A program made the position numbers and the translations under genes. From Convolutriloba macropyga (Eukaryota): a DNA stretch of 64,000 bases. Shown here one piece after another: positions 61,861 through 64,000 of the stretch (the first letter of the stretch is position 1; every line of letters starts with the position of its first letter). The notes below the pieces were generated by a model that was given only the letters and a program-made list of their open reading frames with translations, was not told the DNA's origin and did not search any database. The stretch is from contig NW_027449974.1 in the NCBI RefSeq assembly GCF_964194025.1, forward strand, positions 1 through 64,000, in the 5' to 3' direction.

Positions 61861-64000
61861 GAACCTATCATGAATTTATGTCGTGCAAACTGCTTCGTTT
61901 AATCGCATCGTTAGAGACTAGTGCGCCCTAAGGCTCCGAGAGAACTTAATGTCATCCGGGCTTTACCTGTTTATACCGATCTTGAGGATGACAAGTGAAA
62001 ATGGTTAGAAGAAAAATCGGTCGAGCGAAAAATGGGATAAAAAACATAGCCGGTACTGTAACACATTCGAAGAGTCTAGAAATATCTTTAAAGTAACCCT
62101 ACTCAAATCAGAAAACTCAAAGAAAGAAAGTAAACAAAAGTGACTAATAAAACTATACAAAACTGTTATTAGAAAATGTTGATAAAATTTTTAGATTAGA
62201 GGCGCGGGTGGAGGGGGGAGTAAGTAGATTGGGTCCAATTTCCGAAAACAAAAGTCAAAGTTCAGGTCATGAACAAACTTGCTTCAGCTAACTTGCTAAA
62301 CCTGTAGAATACGGATAGATGCATGTCTTCTCGTCGTAAATAGACCACAATACGAATATATTTGGTATCAAGTTCGTTTGAGAGCAATTATTAAGAGTAG
62401 GGAGAAATCTGGTCAAAGGGAACTTCATCATGGCTGTCTCTAAAATTACCCAAGAGATACTAGAATTAAAAAGTCATCTGGATCGGAAATTAAATAATTG
62501 GGACCAGAAACGACTCTCAAAGGAAATAAATTAGTCTGTCCACATAGGTATGTGAAAGCAAAATTTTTGCCGCGTGACAGAAGAAACTTTCAATCAGATT
62601 ATACAGTTATCTCATACGAAGAAGTTTTTTCTGGCATCGTCATTTTGGATTTGTTTTAGAACAGAATCGTAGTTTTCTTTAGCGGAATTGCCTTTTAAGC
62701 GAATCAATTAATCCGTAGTATATCCGGTAGTAAATAGAAAACTTTCATAACTTTTTTATATGCACGAATAAAGATTCTCGTTGCGCAAGCAAATTGGTTT
62801 TACGATCCCAAGACTGCAATTCCAAGTAAATCTGGATTACCCATTTTGCAATGCCAGAGAGGTGAGTTGATGGATTGCAGTAATGTCATGGAAATCACGG
62901 ATGAATTAAAATATGTTCTTTTTCATCTAATGTTTATCATAGAAATTGGAGTTGTTTTCTATGAAATTGCGTCAAAAAGTTTGATGCATAAGCTATTTTT
63001 ACGGTATCTGAAACGCGAATTAGAATGGATCCGAGAAATCATTTGACAAGTTTTGCATTTTGCAAGTGCCCCCTCATTAATTTTGCAACCTTTTAAGATC
63101 CAAACATCGTACTACTGGGGTAATTGAACAAAATGCTGAGATTTCATTAAACAGCTGCTCAATTTCCAAATTTATCTCAAATCAATTAAGTTTTCAGGCA
63201 ACAGGAATCATTTGATTTTCTTGCAACAGGCAAAAGATTTTCTTGATTTGATCAGGCAACATGGATCATTTGATTTTCTTGTATAGTCGATAGAATTCTT
63301 TTTATACAACTTTCCTTTTAAAGCGAATTTATCATCAGCTATGGACCACAAACATTCGGAGCATTTTTACATTACTGACGAAGCTACACGTACAACTCTA
63401 CCCTTATACACGATTCATAGCAACAATTCACGTTCAAAACTACTCTTTTTCTGCAGTTACATATTAAAACACTCACGTGCACATTTTGAAATGCCGAAAA
63501 TCGGCAGTGCCAGAAGTTAAATTGACAGAAGTTCCTACTTAGCTAGGAGTTGAATTCCATTGATTTTCGTCATTTTAAAATGTGCGCGTTTCGTGTCCTA
63601 AGCATAGTTACGTTACTCTGTAGAAGTCACCTCGAAGGTCTGATTTAATATCTGGATCCGCTTCGTGGATCTCGATAAACGCCAGAAGTTCTCAGTGACT
63701 TCAAGAAGCGAAGTGTTACGTAATCATTACTTCTTCCTGACAGATTTCAATCTGAACTAGTTTTATAACCATTCTAGACGGCCTATCAGTAAAACCAGAT
63801 TACTTTGTTTATTTTTTTCTCAATTTTGTTTAATTAAGGTTCTGATAAGGTCGAAAGAAGGTTCTGACAATAAAAAGAGACAATTCCTGGAATTAACTTT
63901 TTTCTCTTGCTAAATTGAATGTAAGAATTCCAATCATAACGTACAAGTTTAATTTGTAAATCGGCTATTTATAATAAAAATCCAATTAACTTCTAAATAA

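Noticed and set aside
63620-63745. Upstream exon of the membrane protein gene
   Set aside because: The candidate AG..GT-bounded segment has stops in all three minus-strand frames.

Overview
AT-rich, repeat-dense eukaryotic (probably invertebrate animal) genomic DNA, not prokaryotic; no rRNA, tRNA or CRISPR array seen. (1) 1912-13053 is a decayed, internally deleted Maverick/Polinton: AGTAGT...ACTACT termini, ~200-bp TIRs, 6-bp TSD, remnants of a zinc-finger-led protein-primed PolB and a packaging ATPase, plus orphan ORFs. Its PolB and a second gene appear to be interrupted by GT-AG introns. (2) 14735-40705 (+) is a 7-exon, phase-consistent ~356-aa delta/theta-like GST gene that the ORF track only shows in fragments. 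It has substituted G-site residues and a ~130-aa low-complexity N-terminal extension. (3) Its intron 5 holds a CMC/EnSpm-type DNA element that is itself interrupted by a full-length, frameshifted BEL/Pao LTR retrotransposon (~30457-37415, -). (4) Two minus-strand exons (61066-60886, 48274-48090) encode part of a probable CD20/MS4A-like multi-pass membrane protein. The rest is MITEs, foldbacks, minisatellites, a ~455-bp tandem array and old duplications. All gene models and alignments were done by eye, and family assignments rest on recalled motifs, not database searches.
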